A stretch of DNA of 64,000 bases from Raja brachyura (GCA_963514005.1 OY740806.1:26040001-26104000); one strand, 5' to 3'. Shown: positions 11,866 to 24,309, counted from the first letter of the stretch. Made by a program: numbers and translations. Notes: a model not told the origin generated them from the sequence alone.

Positions 11866-13544
11866 TCAGTAGGTTTTTAAGAAGGTTCAGACGTGCATTG
11901 GACTTAATGTGACAGAGGAGGTGAGATTTAAGAAAGGCTCCATTTCTGAATTCTTCCACCAGTTGTTACACTGGTAAATGTACATGACCCAGAGCATTGT
12001 AAAGTGGGAGTGTGCCAGCTGGCTGGGAACTGCCCCAAGGAAACATTGCAAACTACTGCCACCCTGCAACCCAGCCTTACACCTGTTCCAACCTCTTGCT
12101 TGCCCGGAAGCCAAGGAGAGACAAAAATAAAGGAATTTTCTTTGTATAATTGTTCGTGTTTCTCCTGTAGGTGTGGGAAAGAAATTAGAAACCCCATGAT
12201 TTTTACCATAAAATTTGTTAATTCAGTACTATTATCCTTTCAATTTTGTTCAAAAATCAGTTTAGTGGTTGCTGGTTGTCTTCCGATTTTGTATCCTCAA
12301 TAAATGTTGACTTGCAATTCAGACTTGGGAGCCTTTATGGCCAAGCCTTGCCTTGCCACTTGCATCATTGCATCACAATCTGCTTGTACTAGCAATTGCT
12401 TACGGCTCTTTGACCTAATGGACAGAATTGTTATGGTTAGCTAGGGTTTACTTTAGTATACCGACCAAGAGCCGACTTGAGGGATCTTGCTTAATGTCCT
12501 CAGTGAGTGATTGTGCAGTTGTCCAAGAGTTGTGAGATTAGTTTCCAAATGAGGCTGTACATAGGCTCTGTGAATTCAGTACTTCATGTCAGGGCTTAAT
12601 TCAATGAATGATTGACTTCTCATTTGATGGAATGGCAGCTCACAATCCTACCCCTTCCTCGTGCCTCCCCCCCCCCCCCCCCCCCCCCCCCCCCTTTCCC
12701 ACCCACCTTGTCAGCTTGATAATTTCCCCTTTGTACACTCATCCTCCATTCCTGACTCGCCCATTTCCCTTTAATCCCCCTTATTTTACCTCCCCCGATC
12801 ACTTTCACCCATATCCCTCCCTCCGGCTTTACATTTCACTCCTCTTCTCTCCTTTTCTTACAACCTTTTGTCTCCTTTTCACCTCGAACCTTTGTCACTT
12901 ACTCCCACCACGTGCCACTAAAACCCTCCCTACCTACCTCTACCCATGTGCCAGTAAAATCCTCCCCTACCTCTCACTTGCCAAACTTTGTCCACTCGCC
13001 ACCTCCCTGGAGGGTTCATCAATAAGCCTCTGCGTGAGGACGAAGTCACACAAAATGATCAGCATGTCTCTGAGTTGGCAATTAACTGCGGGAATTGACC
13101 TGACTATTAGAAATATGATATGAATTTTATGGCATAATCCTCCAAGTTATGGAGTAGAATACTGATGTATTTCCGTGGCTAATGTCACAAACACTTGGTA
13201 ATATATTAAATTCACCCAATAGTTTAGCGTCTGATATGACCAGCTGAACTAATGATTGACTTGGTAAAGAGCATTCCCATTTGTATGTTAGTCAGTAGGC
13301 TGATTCCTGGACTTGTATTGCACAATCATGACCTTCTATTTGCATCACCGTCACTCTATCTAAATGAGTACTGTCTGCGTAAAAGGAGACTCGAGATGAT
13401 CATTAACGAATGTGGTTTTCCATTTCAAAAACAATCAACTACTATCAAAATAACGTTTGTCACTTCTGCAACACACCCAAACGTGCATTGTTCTCCGAAA
13501 ACATTTTGAACTCAATGGTAGAAACCTAAATTGGAGATGCATGT

Positions 13545-13662
13545 AAACGGCAGGTGCCGGATTACAAAAGAGACACAAAGTGTTGGAGTAACGCAGAGGG
13601 TCAGGTAGCAACTCCAAAAGACATGGATAGGTGACGTTTCAGGTCAAGACCCTTCTTCAGAC
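13545..13662 (-). mobile_element. PLE-derived 3' terminal fragment with hammerhead-like motif
   Basis: Minus strand reads gtCTGAAGAAGGGTCTTGACCTGAAACGTCacct. Confidence 0.75.
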
Positions 13663-14374
13663 AGATTGTAGTAGAAAACAGTCCCTTTGGTCCAACTTGG
13701 CCATGCCAACCAAGATGCCCCATCCATGCTAGCCCTACCTGCCTGCTTTTGGCCCATATCCCTCTAAACCTTTCCTATCCATAAGTAGAGGGGGGAAAGT
13801 TTAGTTTACAGATACAGCAGGCCTTTTGGCCCACCAAGTCCATGTCCACCGTAGATAACCCGTTCATACTAGTCCTATGTTCTTCCACTTTCGCATATGC
13901 TCCAAATAGACTAGGGGCAATTTACAGAGGCCAATTAACCTTTCTGTCCCATCCCATCTAGGCCAAAGCGAGGGAGTAATTCGTTTTCTAAAATGAATAG
14001 TGCAGTCATATTTGGGTAAGAACACATGGGCAAAGAAAGCAGGAATATATATCACAATATAACTAAAGGGAAGGGACGTTCTATTGAACTTGAAGTGGCA
14101 TGTTTAGATGTAGTGAGAAAGGAGTGAAGTGTGCAGAATCACATTGCTAGATGGAACATTGAGGCAGGATAGCATAATCTCATGGAGAAATTTAAGATGG
14201 AAACAAGATATTCAAAATAGTGTCATGGGGTCTTCTACTTCCACCCGACACACGGGGGACGTTCAAACCTCTCTAGAATTAGATTCAAGCCCACAACCTA
14301 GATGTAGGCAACACTCTCCTCATTGCATTAAAGGTTGTCATTGCGTTGTCAAACATTTCTCCCTGAACCCATGC

Positions 14375-14875
14375 AAATGGAGAGCCGCGAGCGAGGTGGG
14401 AGTATTTAGGGGAGCTGCGTGCACGGCGGGAGTATTGCAGCGAGCCACGCGGGCCCAACTCGCCATCCAAACCACCGCACCGTGGACCGGAACCCGCCCG
14501 GTTGGCACGACTCATCCCCACAGGCCTCCCAGCAGGCTGCGGTGTTGGAGAGGCCTCGCGGGTCGGCGGTCAATGAGAGCGTGGGGGAACCGCTGTGAGG
14601 GGGGGGAGGGGAAGAACAATGGAGGACCCCGTGCGGGGGGGGGGGGGACGCCGTGGGGGAGGTGAAACAACAATGGACAATGGAGGACCCAGCGTGGGGG
14701 GGGGGGGGGGAACAAAAGGGGGACCCGGAGCTGGGAAGGGGGCAGAGAAAAAAGGAGGAGATGGCGTACTTTGTAACTTTGTCAGCGCAGAAGGTGGCTG
14801 CTATTTACATACCTTGGGTATGCAAGCAAAGAATTTCACTGTGCCTTGTAACGTGACAAAAAAGTACTCCATTCT
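14375..14875 (+). mobile_element. CpG-rich non-autonomous retroposon with Rex1-like 3' tail
   Basis: GC/CpG-rich body with G-runs and repeated gaacaatggaggaccc; ends in gaatttcactgtg...gtgacaaaaaa, like the LINE tails at 21050-21090 and 25510-25550. Confidence 0.5.
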
Positions 14876-15030
14876 ACATTATTTAATGACTCATCCCTTT
14901 GTGGGATCTTGTGTTACTAACTAACTGGCAGCTTTATCATTGACAACACTTAAAAGTTGGTAATTTTTACGATACATTGGGATACCTGACACAATCAATG
15001 TAACCATTCACAGGGAACAAGCTAAGAATA

Positions 15031-15211
15031 GTAAGGAACCGTAGATGCTGGAATCTTGAGGAAAACACAAAGTGCTGGAGGAACTCAACCAGTCAGGCAG
15101 CATCTGTGAAGGGAATGGGCAGGCGGCGTTTCTGGCCAGGAGCCTTCTTTTGTGTAAAGTCCGAAATGTCACCTGTCTATTCCCTCCACAAATGCTGCTT
15201 GACTTTGTGTT
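15031..15211. mobile_element. Old fold-back PLE-derived element
   Basis: agtcaggcagcatctgtgaagggaatgggcagg versus cctgtctattccctccacaaatgctgcttgact inverted arms; aagctaa(g)aata on both flanks. Confidence 0.6.
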
Positions 15212-15496
15212 AAGCTAAAATAAATATACTCTGACCACAAAGCTAAGTGTAAAATGTAACAAAATGCATACTGAAATTTCTTATTGATGCCTGTGAATGC
15301 AGTAGTAATGCGCTTATTACAGAACATTTTATTATTAAACATTTTTCAATGCGGCTTAACAGGCCCATAAAAATATGTTGATAACTAAGAGGGTGGTGGG
15401 AATATGGAATGAGCTGCCAGAGGAGGTAATTGAGGCAGGCATTATAACAGCATTTAAAAGAGATTTGGACAGGTACATGGCTAGGAAATGCTTAGA

Positions 15497-16470
15497 GGAC
15501 ACAAAGTGCTGGAGTAATTCAGTGGGTCAGGCAGCATCTCTGGAGATAAAGAATGGGTGACGTTTCGGGTCGGGACTCTTCTTCCGACTGAAAGTAGGGG
15601 ATGGGAGGGGAAGGTGAAGAGCAGAAGGTGAGAAACCTATCAGGGCCTCAGGCAGGGCGGTGCCTGGTAGATCCATTGTTGGCTCGAGAAGGTGTGATCT
15701 CAAGAGAAACAATGAGGAGAATTATGGAACTGGTAAAACAACTAGGGAGGAGAAATGGGGCAAGGAGAGAGGGGGAGGGGAAGGGAGTATGAGATGAAGT
15801 GACTTAAAATGAGATAATTCAATGTTCAATTGGGTTGTAAGCTGCCCAAGCAAAATATGTGGTGCTGTTCCTCCAATTTGCTTGTGGCCTCACTCTGGCA
15901 ATAGAGGAGGCCAAGGAGAGAAAGGTCAGTATGGGAATTGAAAGGAGAGTTGAAATGGCTGGCAACCAGGAGATCCCGTAGGTCTAGGCGGACCGAGCAC
16001 AGGTGTTCAGTGAAACGGTCACCAAATCTACGTTTAGTCTCGTCCATGTACAGGAGCCCACATCGGGAACATCGGATGCAGTAGATGAGGTTAGAGGAGA
16101 TACATATGAACCTCGGTCTAACCAGAAGGGATTGTTGGGGTCCCTGGATGGAATGAGTGAGGAAGTATAAGGACAGGTGTTACATCTCCAAGATGTGTTT
16201 AGATTGTTTAGTTTGGAGTTGACGGGAATGTCGGGGGATAATGTGTTGGATGCAAAACAACGGACATCTCCTATGGTTGCAGGAGAATGTACCTGGGCAG
16301 GCTGGGTGGGAAGGGATGAATGAACCAAGGAATTGCGAACAGAGTGGTCCCTGCGGGAGGTGAAAAGGGGTGTAGAGGGGAAGATGCGTTTAGTGATGTT
16401 TAGATGTGTTTAGTTTGGAGTTGACGGGAATGTCGGGGGATAATGTGTTGGATGCGAAGGCTGCTGGGGT
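15497..16470 (-). mobile_element. Penelope-like retroelement 3' portion (Zn-knuckle linker, GIY-YIG endonuclease, 3' terminal repeat); defective
   Basis: Minus strand RCNTCPYTSS then, after a frameshift, NLIYCIRCSRCGLLYMDETKRRFGDRFTEHLCSVR...VASHFNSP...KLEEQHHIFCLGSLQPN; followed by the same terminal sequence found in the short copies. Confidence 0.9.
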
Positions 16471-16619
16471 GAGAGACTGCAGAGTGTGGAGAGAATTCCC
16501 TGAGCATCCACTCTACCCGTCAGGCCTTTCACATAGAAATAAGTTCAATTCAATCCAACAGTCCTTCCTTGCTCCCTGGAAATATCCTCTCCCCATCCAC
16601 TTTATCCAGGCCTCTATCA

Positions 16620-17490
16620 CAGGTAGATAGGGTTGTCATGAAGGCATTCAATTCATTGGCCTGTATCATTCGGGGTATTGAGGATATAAATTGGGGTTGG
16701 ACACAAAGAGCTGGAGTAACTGAGCGGGACAGGCCGCATCTTTGGAGAGAAGGAATAGGTGACGTTATTATGTTACAGTTGTACAAGACGTTGGTGAAGC
16801 CACATCTGGCCGCATTCATTTTTTGTCACTCTGCTATAGGAAGGATGTTGTTAAGCTGGAAAGAGTGCAGAAAAGATTTTTGGGGGTGTTGCCAGGACTC
16901 GTGCTTGAGTTGAAGGCAGAGGCTGAGCATGAGCCTGAGAGGTGTATAAGATCTTGATGAAAATTGATCGGGTAAATGCAGTCTTTTACCCAGGGCAGGG
17001 GAAGCAAGAACCATAGGACATTGGGCAGAGGGGAAAGATCTAATAGGAACCTGAGGGGCAACTTTTTCCACACAGAGAGTGGTGGGTATATGGAACGAGC
17101 TGCCAGAGGAGGTAGTTGAGGCAGGTGGTATAACAACATTTGAAAGACATTTGAACAGGCGCATGGATAGGAAAGGAAAAGAGTGATATGGGCCAAAGGC
17201 TGATCAATGGGACTAGTGTAAATAGGGCTTCATGGTCGGCATGGGGAAGTTGGGCTGTTGTTTTCGTGCTGTATAACTATGAATACAGTCTTAGCCTCTC
17301 CTTATAGATCAAGCCCTCAAGTCCTGGCAATATCCTCGTAATTCTCCTCTGCACTCTTTCCAGTTTAATGGCATCTTTCCTATTTCAAGGTGACCAGAAT
17401 TGAACACAATACTCCCAAGTGCGATCTTAAGATCTTGTACATCTGTATCAAAACATCCCAACTTCTATACTCAATTACCTGACTGATGTA
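16620..17490. mobile_element. CR1 fragments (+ about 16620-17285, - about 17295-17490) with a PLE end inserted at about 16699-16765
   Basis: QVDRVVMKAFNSLACIIRGIE...LQLYKTLVKPHL; CR1 3'UTR. Confidence 0.8.
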
Positions 17491-17959
17491 TTGATGACTG
17501 AGCACCAGTGGGTAGGAATGGTGAATTGATCATGATTATTTTTTTTAAAGTGGTGTGCAATTTAAAACAATACTGGATGCATTCTTTAAAAGTGATATGA
17601 AATGGTTGTTTGTGCTAATCAGTCGCATTTGGCATGTCTTCCTTCACCCTGGAGACCTCATTACACTCATGATGCATTCATTTTGCAATGCAATTTAATT
17701 GAAAAATCGCTCTAGGTTCTATTCCAACAAGAAGCCAACATAATAATTTTAAGGGTATTTGAGAGAGAAGGTATTTGCAAGACTGGAGAATGGAACTGAC
17801 AGGATTCCTCTGCGAGATGCCAGCATTGCATCGATGGTTGCGCACTTAGCCCCTTAGAATATTTCCTTTATACACACATCTGTGCGGCCAAATTCTGCTG
17901 TAATTCCATTTACACATTTGCTGATACCACTACAATAATGGGCTGGATCTTGAACAATA

Positions 17960-18365
17960 ACAAGACAGAGTACAGGAATGGGAGAGAGAGCTTAGTGACG
18001 TGATGCCAAGACAGCAACCTCTCCCTCAATGTCAGCAAAATGAAGTAGCTGGTCATTGATTTCGGGAAGTGGGTAACATATGCACTCCAATCTGTATGAA
18101 TGGCGTTGAAGTGGAGATGGTCGAGAGCTTCAAGTTCCTAGATGTAAATGTCAACAACAATTTGATGTGTTCTAACCACATTGACAATAGAGCCAAGAAT
18201 GCACATCAAAACATCTACTTCCTCAGATGACTGAGGAAATTTGGCATGTCCCCAATGACTCGTACTAATTTCTATATGCAGTGTAAAAAGCATCCAGGTT
18301 TGACAATTGCTCTGCTCAAGACCATGAAAAACTGAGGAGAGTTTGGACTCTGCCCAGTCCCTTAT
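17960..18365 (+). mobile_element. Rex1/Babar-like LINE fragment
   Basis: caacctctccctcaatgtcagcaaa (NLSLNVSK), gagagcttcaagttccta (ESFKFL), tacttcctcaga (YFLR). Confidence 0.75.
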
Positions 18366-18722
18366 ACCACAAAGTCTCTGTTTAACAAAACACTCCAGGG
18401 CCCTGCTAAAGGCTCTACTTCATCTAATCCCATTTAGTTCATAATGGAAAACTTCCTGTACAGGGTATTGAAGTGACACCATGAAATATTTCTGATGAAT
18501 AAGTTGAATGATGTACCTGACTACAGGTTTAGCAAAAGTGTCACCTGCAAAGAAGCAATACAATGCAAAGTACTTTAATTTATTTGTTGCAACACAATTA
18601 CAAGATTTCAATGCTCTGGAATTGATGCAGTTAAGCTAAGTTGGATAAACATACGAGGGAGAAAGAATGGAAATTTATGGATGGGAGGCGGTTTGTATGA
18701 AGTATAATACGATACGATAGAA

Positions 18723-18938
18723 CATGGGTTCCCAATCTGGGGTAAATTTACCTCCACCCAGGGGTAATTTGTTGATTCTGGATTTGTTAAAAACAGTATT
18801 TAAAAATGTTTCCTTTGTCATTTGCTTTATTATGAGAGAAGTGTAAACTCAAATTACTGAATAAAACGGGGTGGGGGTAAATTTACTTTCGAAAAGTTGC
18901 CTGGGGTAAACGGGATAAAAAAAGGTTGGGAACCCCTG
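18723..18938. mobile_element. hAT (Charlie-like) MITE, 216 bp
   Basis: TIRs CATGGGTTCCCAATCT / AGGTTGGGAACCCCTG (14/16); perfect 8-bp TSD CGATAGAA at 18715-18722 and 18939-18946; repeated GGGGTAA subterminal motifs. Confidence 0.9.
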
Positions 18939-18946
18939 CGATAGAA

Positions 18947-19455
18947 CTTTATTTATCCCAGGAGGGAAATTGATTTGCCAGCAGTCTTAAAACACAAGAT
19001 ACACGAAACATGAAGTTAAGGTGATGAGTAGAAAGAATTGAGGATGTGCAAAGATTAGGGGGGGGAGGACGGAAATCAGTCTACCCCACAATAGAAGGGG
19101 CAAATGTTGTATAGTTTGACAGCCACTGGGAAAAGGGATCTCCTGTGGCGTTCTGTACTGCATCTTGGTGGAACCAGTCTGTTGCTGAACGTACTCCTCA
19201 GGTTGACCAGTGTATCTTGGAGGGGGTGAGCTGTATTGTCTGAGATGCTCCGCAGTTTGAGGAGCATCCTCCCTTTCAAGACCACCTCCCATGAATCCAA
19301 CTCTGCTTCCAGGATAGAGCCAGCCTTTCTGAGAGCTTGTTAATCGTGTTGCATTCGTGGTCTTCGCCCTGCTGCCTCAGCACATAACAGCAAAGAAGAT
19401 GGGACTGGCTGCCACCGATTGGTAGAGCATCTGCAGCATCTTACTGCAGATGTTA
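18947..19455 (-). mobile_element. Rex1-like LINE 3' end
   Basis: ISDNTAHPLQDTL...FSNRLVPPRCSTERHRRSLFPVAVKLYN, then a 3'UTR ending gggataaataaagttctatcgtatcgtat, split by the MITE. Confidence 0.8.
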
Positions 19456-20139
19456 AAGGCGTTAACGTAATGGATAAGGCTTCAGCTGAATATGAACACA
19501 CATGGTTCATTTTCAGCACATTGACCTTCATCAGTCATAGTATTGAGTATAACAGTTGGGAGGTCTTGTTACAGTTGTGCAAGACATTGGCGAGGCCACA
19601 TTTGGAGTATTATGTTCAGTTTTGGTCACCCTGTTATAGGAAAGATGTTGTTCATCTGGGGAAAGTGTGCAGAGAAGATTTATGCGGATGTTGCCAGGAC
19701 TCGGCGGCCTGCGCTTCAGGGAGAGGTTGAGCAGGCTGGGACTTTATTCTTTGGAGCAAAGGAAGATGAGGGCTGATATTATTGAGGTGTACAAATCATG
19801 GGACGAATAGATTGGGTAAATATACAGTATTTTTCCTGTTTCCATCTCTATGACTGCAACATAACTAATTTGTGTGGTATGCAGACTGCATATTTACATT
19901 CATAGGTCAGGTGTGGGCTATAAAAGTTGGGATGTCATGTTCCTGTTGCATAAAACATTGATTAGACCACATTTGACATTTTGTGTATAATTAAAGTCCC
20001 CCCCCCCCCCCCTCCATTGCAGGAAGGATGTAGAGGCTTGCGAGAGGGTGTAGAAGTGGTTTACCAGAATGCGGCCTGGAATAGAGGATATTAACTATAA
20101 GGAGATTTGGATTGGATTGCAGTGGATGTCAGTCACACA

Positions 20140-20620
20140 TACCAGACTGATTCCTGGGATGTCAGGACTGTCTTATGAAAAAAGACTGGATAGACTCGGT
20201 TTATACTCTCTAGAATTCAGGACATTGAGAGGGGATCTTATAGAAACTTACAAAATTCTTAAAGGGTTGGACAGGCTAGATGCAGGAAGATTGTTCCCGA
20301 TGTTGGGGAAGTCTAGAACAAGGGGTCACAGCTTAAGGATAAGGGGGAAATCCTTTATGACCGAGATGAGAAAGACCTTTTTCACACAGAGAGTGGTGGG
20401 TCTCTGGAACTCTCTGCCACAGAGGGTAGTTGAGGCCAGTTCATTGGCTATATTTAAGAGGGAGTTAGATGTGGCCCTTGTGGCTAAGGGGATCAGAGGG
20501 TATGGAGAGAAGGCAGGTACGGGATACTGAGTTGGATGATCAGCCATGATCATATTGAATGGCGGTGCAGGCTCGAAGGGCTGAATGGCCTACTCCTGCA
20601 CCTAAGTTCTACGTTTCTAT
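20140..20620 (+). mobile_element. Young CR1 LINE 3' end with uninterrupted ORF2 C-terminus
   Basis: TRLIPGMSGLSYEKRLDRLGLYSLEFRTLRGDLIETYKILKG...FFTQRVVGLWNSLPQRVVEA...GYGEKAGTGY-stop; 3'UTR ends ttctacgtttctat. Confidence 0.92.
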
Positions 20621-20624
20621 ACAA

Positions 20625-21470
20625 GACTTCCCACCATTGACTCAATCAAATTTGCCTCGGAAAAGCAGCCAACATAATCAAAACAACGTTCTACCCTGGT
20701 CTTTCCTCCTTCTCACTCCCATCCAGCAGAAGGTACAAAAGCTTGAAAGCATGCACCACCAGACTCAGGAACAGCTTCTTCCCCTCTGTAATCAGGTTTC
20801 TGAAGCTAGGGTAGTTTGATTCACCTCTACCCCATTGAGGACATTGGATTTGGTTTATGAAACTGGTGTACTGCAACACTGAGAACTATATTCTACACTC
20901 TGTATCTCCCCCTTTGCCCTATCTATTGTACTTGTATTTAGTTTAATTTATTATTGTCACGTGTATTGAGTTACAATAAAAGCTGTTGTTTGACTTGATT
21001 GTATTTATGTATAGTATTGTGTGATCAGATTGAAAGGCACGCAAAACAAAGCTTTTCACTGTACATCGATACACGTGACAAAAATAAACCAAAAGGGAGA
21101 GCGTCAGAGTGACTTGATAGAAGTGTATAAACTGATGAGAGGCATAGATAAGATAGATAATCAGAGCCTCTCGCCCAGGATGAAAATGTTAAATACTAAT
21201 GGACATAGCTTTGAGGTGAGAGGGGAAAGAATTACAAGACAAGTTTTATTTTTACACCGAGTTGTGTGTTCCTGGAACACGTTGCCACATAGCAAGCTGA
21301 AAGCAGATACAATAACAATGTTTAAGAGGCATTTAGACAGACATGAATATGAAGGGAGTGGCGGAATATAAACTGAATGCAGGCAGATGTACAGTTTAAA
21401 TTGGCTTCTGGTTGATACGAACGTCATAAGCTTCAGGGCCTGTTTGTGTGCTGTACTGTTCTATGTTCAG
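20625..21470 (+). mobile_element. Rex1-like 3' end (about 20625-21090) followed by CR1 3' end (about 21100-21470)
   Basis: accaccagactcaggaacagcttcttcccc (TTRLRNSFFP); SDLIEVYKLMRGIDK. Confidence 0.75.
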
Positions 21471-22285
21471 AGAAGGAGACCTTCCCTGTCCTGATCCTGC
21501 CTAACCATTCCAGACCACCAACGTGGTTCACTCTTAATTTCTTGAGATACCACCCTTCTGTAAATGAATATATGTTTAATGGAATCACTTTACATCAGTA
21601 AAACTCGAGTACATCTGGCAGTGAACCTCAGCAACTGTGGGAAATAATGATGAACAGAAAGAGGCATGAGTTACTGCTTGGGTTAATCCCAAGGCCTCAG
21701 CTGAAAGCCTGATCTACTACAACCAGTTCTAACCAAAACCACAAGAATCCACTCAAAGGCAGTTACTCAATTCATTCAAATGAACATTTTGCCTCATTCT
21801 TAGATAAATTGTGGTACACTTTAGTTATTCACATACTCCAGTACATTAATTCTGGAAAAGCTGCACTCACTGCCCTAACATTTCTATTGTCCGACTACTT
21901 AAAAAAACACCATACTCGGGTCATATATTCAAAGCACGAGGTTTCACCAAAAATCCGAACTACTGTGATTTTCCCAGTGAAAAGTCGTGAAAACAGTGTT
22001 TTTTAAAACTTCTACAACACAGGATTCTAAAAAATGTTTCATAAATATCCAAAAAGGTATGTTCACTGGTGGAGATTATATATGATTGGAAGATCTGTTG
22101 AACTAAATTAGCTCAAATTTAAATGGACAATACTAAAATATGAGAATGTTACCTCATTTTTATTTATAAACACACAAAGTTGGATTGGAATGAGACTCTG
22201 GTTTGGCCTTGCGATGTGTTTCATCTGGAACTTTCAACAAAGCATCGCCTTCTTTGCTGGAAAGCACACACCCAAAAGAACCTCC

Positions 22286-22478
22286 GTGTAGGAAGAATCT
22301 GCAGATGCTGGTTTACACTGAAGATAGGCACAAAATGCTGGAGCAACTCAGCGGGACATGCAGCACCTCTGGATAGAAGGAATGGGTGACGTTTCGGGAT
22401 GAGACCAGACTTCTTCAGGAGAAGGGTCTCGACCCGAAACATCACCCATTCGGTGCTCCAGCATTTTGTGTCGATCGT
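22286..22478. mobile_element. Fold-back PLE-derived element with tail on the left arm
   Basis: Inverted arms aatgggtgacgtttcggg / cccgaaacatcacccatt and cacaaaatgctggagca / tgctccagcattttgtg; degenerate 13-bp flanking repeat at 22273-22285 and 22479-22491 (11/13). Confidence 0.8.
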
Positions 22479-22544
22479 CAAAAAAACCTTCAGAGGCAAT
22501 GGTTACAGGACCAATTCCCACATCGACATCTCAGCGAAGCTGTT

Positions 22545-22880
22545 TCATTAGTTCCAGCACTGTAACAATATTGAACGATTGGAAGTGCCGTTATTTGAAT
22601 CAGTTGTAGAATGAAAGTCTACTTCTCTACACTGGGCATGTATCCTGAGGAAGAGCAGGGGACAAGGATTTGTGCGTAGTGTCTCACGGACAATATTTAT
22701 CTTTAACCAACAGATTACGTGATCATTATCACACTCTTGGCTGGAAGAGTTTGCTATTAACAAATTGGCTGTCTGGTTCCTATATTGCAATTATTGCATT
22801 TCAAAAGTTCTTCATTATCTTAAAGTGCTTTCAGACATCATGGGTTCATGAAAGGCTCTATATAAATGTAAGTCTTTGTT
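22545..22880 (+). mobile_element. Deu-domain SINE (SacSINE1/AmnSINE1-like), old
   Basis: aatatttatc...acagattac..tcattatcac...caaattggctg...gaaaggctctatataaatgtaagt. Related pieces at about 14895-14990, 28545-28700, 38870-38980, 56160-56365 and 63350-63730 (-). Confidence 0.65.
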
Positions 22881-23204
22881 TTCACTTTGACAATGAAGCT
22901 TCTATACAGGATGTATTTAACTTATTTAAGTAGCAGCGCTGACGTATGAAGTGACTATTAAACCAGAAAGAGTTCTCCTAAACACATTCATCTTTCTGCT
23001 CCGCTTCATATGTCTTATTTCAAACTTAGGATCACCTGCCCTAATATCTGATTTGATAGGTATTGAACTTTCATCGATAGCTCCTTGGAATGTTCTGCTA
23101 CACAGATCTGTGGTGCGCTCATGGGAATTTTGTACCCTGGCTCATCCTCTGCAATCCGCATGCCCTTTGTGGTTTTGTTACAGCAGCCCGTGCACTGAAG
23201 AGAT

Positions 23205-23560
23205 CACTGAGGCTTGGATAGAGTGGATGTGGAGAGGATGTTTCTACTAGTGGGAGAGTCTAGGACCAGAGGTCATAGCCTCAGAATTAAAGGACGCTCC
23301 GTTAGGAAAGAGATGAGGAGGAATTTATTTCGTCAGAGAATGGTGAATCTGTGGAATTCATTGCCATAGAAGGCTGTGGAGGCCGTCAATGGATATTTTT
23401 AAGGCAGATAGATAGATTTTTTACTTAGTACAGATGTCAGGGGTTATGGGGAGAAGGCAGGACAATGGGGTTAAGAGGGAAAGATAGATCTGCCATGATT
23501 GAATGGTGGAGTAGATTTGATGGGCCGAATGGCCTAATTCTACTCCTATCTCCTACGAAC
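23205..23560 (+). mobile_element. CR1 3' end
   Basis: ggagagtctaggaccagaggtcatagcctcagaattaaagga...gatgggccgaatggcctaattctactcct. Confidence 0.85.
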
Positions 23561-24209
23561 TGATCTGATATTTCCTTGAGCACAGAAGATTTAATGAGGA
23601 TCTGATTGAGATGATAAAAGCATTCGATGGGTAATATCAGATAAACTGTGCCTCACAACATTTGGACAGGTACATAGATAGGATTAGAGGGACATGTGCC
23701 AAAAGCAGACAAGTGGGAATAGAGTCGAAGGGCCTGTTTCCACGCTGTATGACTCTGGCTCTCCAGTAACTTGCCTACCACAGATGTTAGGCTCACTGGT
23801 CTATAGTTCCCTGGCTTTTCCTTGCAACCCTTCTTACCAAGAGTCACAACATTAGCACCCTCCGCTCTTCCAACACTTCAGTCGTGTCCAATGGTGATTA
23901 GTATATCTCCGCTGAGAGCCTGCATTTTCATCTCTGCCTTCCCACATTGTTCTCGGATACATCTGGTTCACATAATGCTATAATCACCATCAATGGTGCT
24001 AAAGTGGAAATCAAGAGTCAAGAGTGTTTTATTGTCATTTGTCCCAGAGAGAACAATGAAATTCTTACTTGCTGCAGCACAACAGAATATGTAAACATAG
24101 TACATAAACAAGAGAAAAAAAGTTCAGTGTGTGTGTATATATTATATATATATTACACATACTCAAAAAAACAAAGAATTATAGTGCGATAATAGTAAGT
24201 CTGTTGTAG

Positions 24210-24309
24210 GGTACACAAAAGGCTGGAGAAACTCAGCGGGTGCAGCGGCATCTAAGGAGCGAAGGAGATAGGCGACATTTCGGGTCGAGACCCTTCTTCT
24301 TCAACACAT
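24210..24309 (-). mobile_element. Young short PLE-derived insertion (100 bp)
   Basis: 11-bp TSD GTCTGTTGTAG at 24199-24209 and 24310-24320. Confidence 0.9.

Noticed and set aside
12667-12694. Long poly-C and poly-G runs (also about 3545, 20000, 25020, 49592, 57018)
   Set aside because: Homopolymer lengths are unreliable in assemblies; no specific function inferable.
12608-13123. 171-aa proline-rich ORF
   Set aside because: Poly-C run plus CT-rich sequence resembling a PLE 3'UTR.
14129-14924. Overlapping 109-178 aa ORFs
   Set aside because: By-product of a GC-rich repeat with few stop codons; Gly/Arg low complexity.
20069-20530. 153-aa ORF as a host gene or active LINE
   Set aside because: Only the C-terminal end of CR1 ORF2; 5'-truncated with no RT core.
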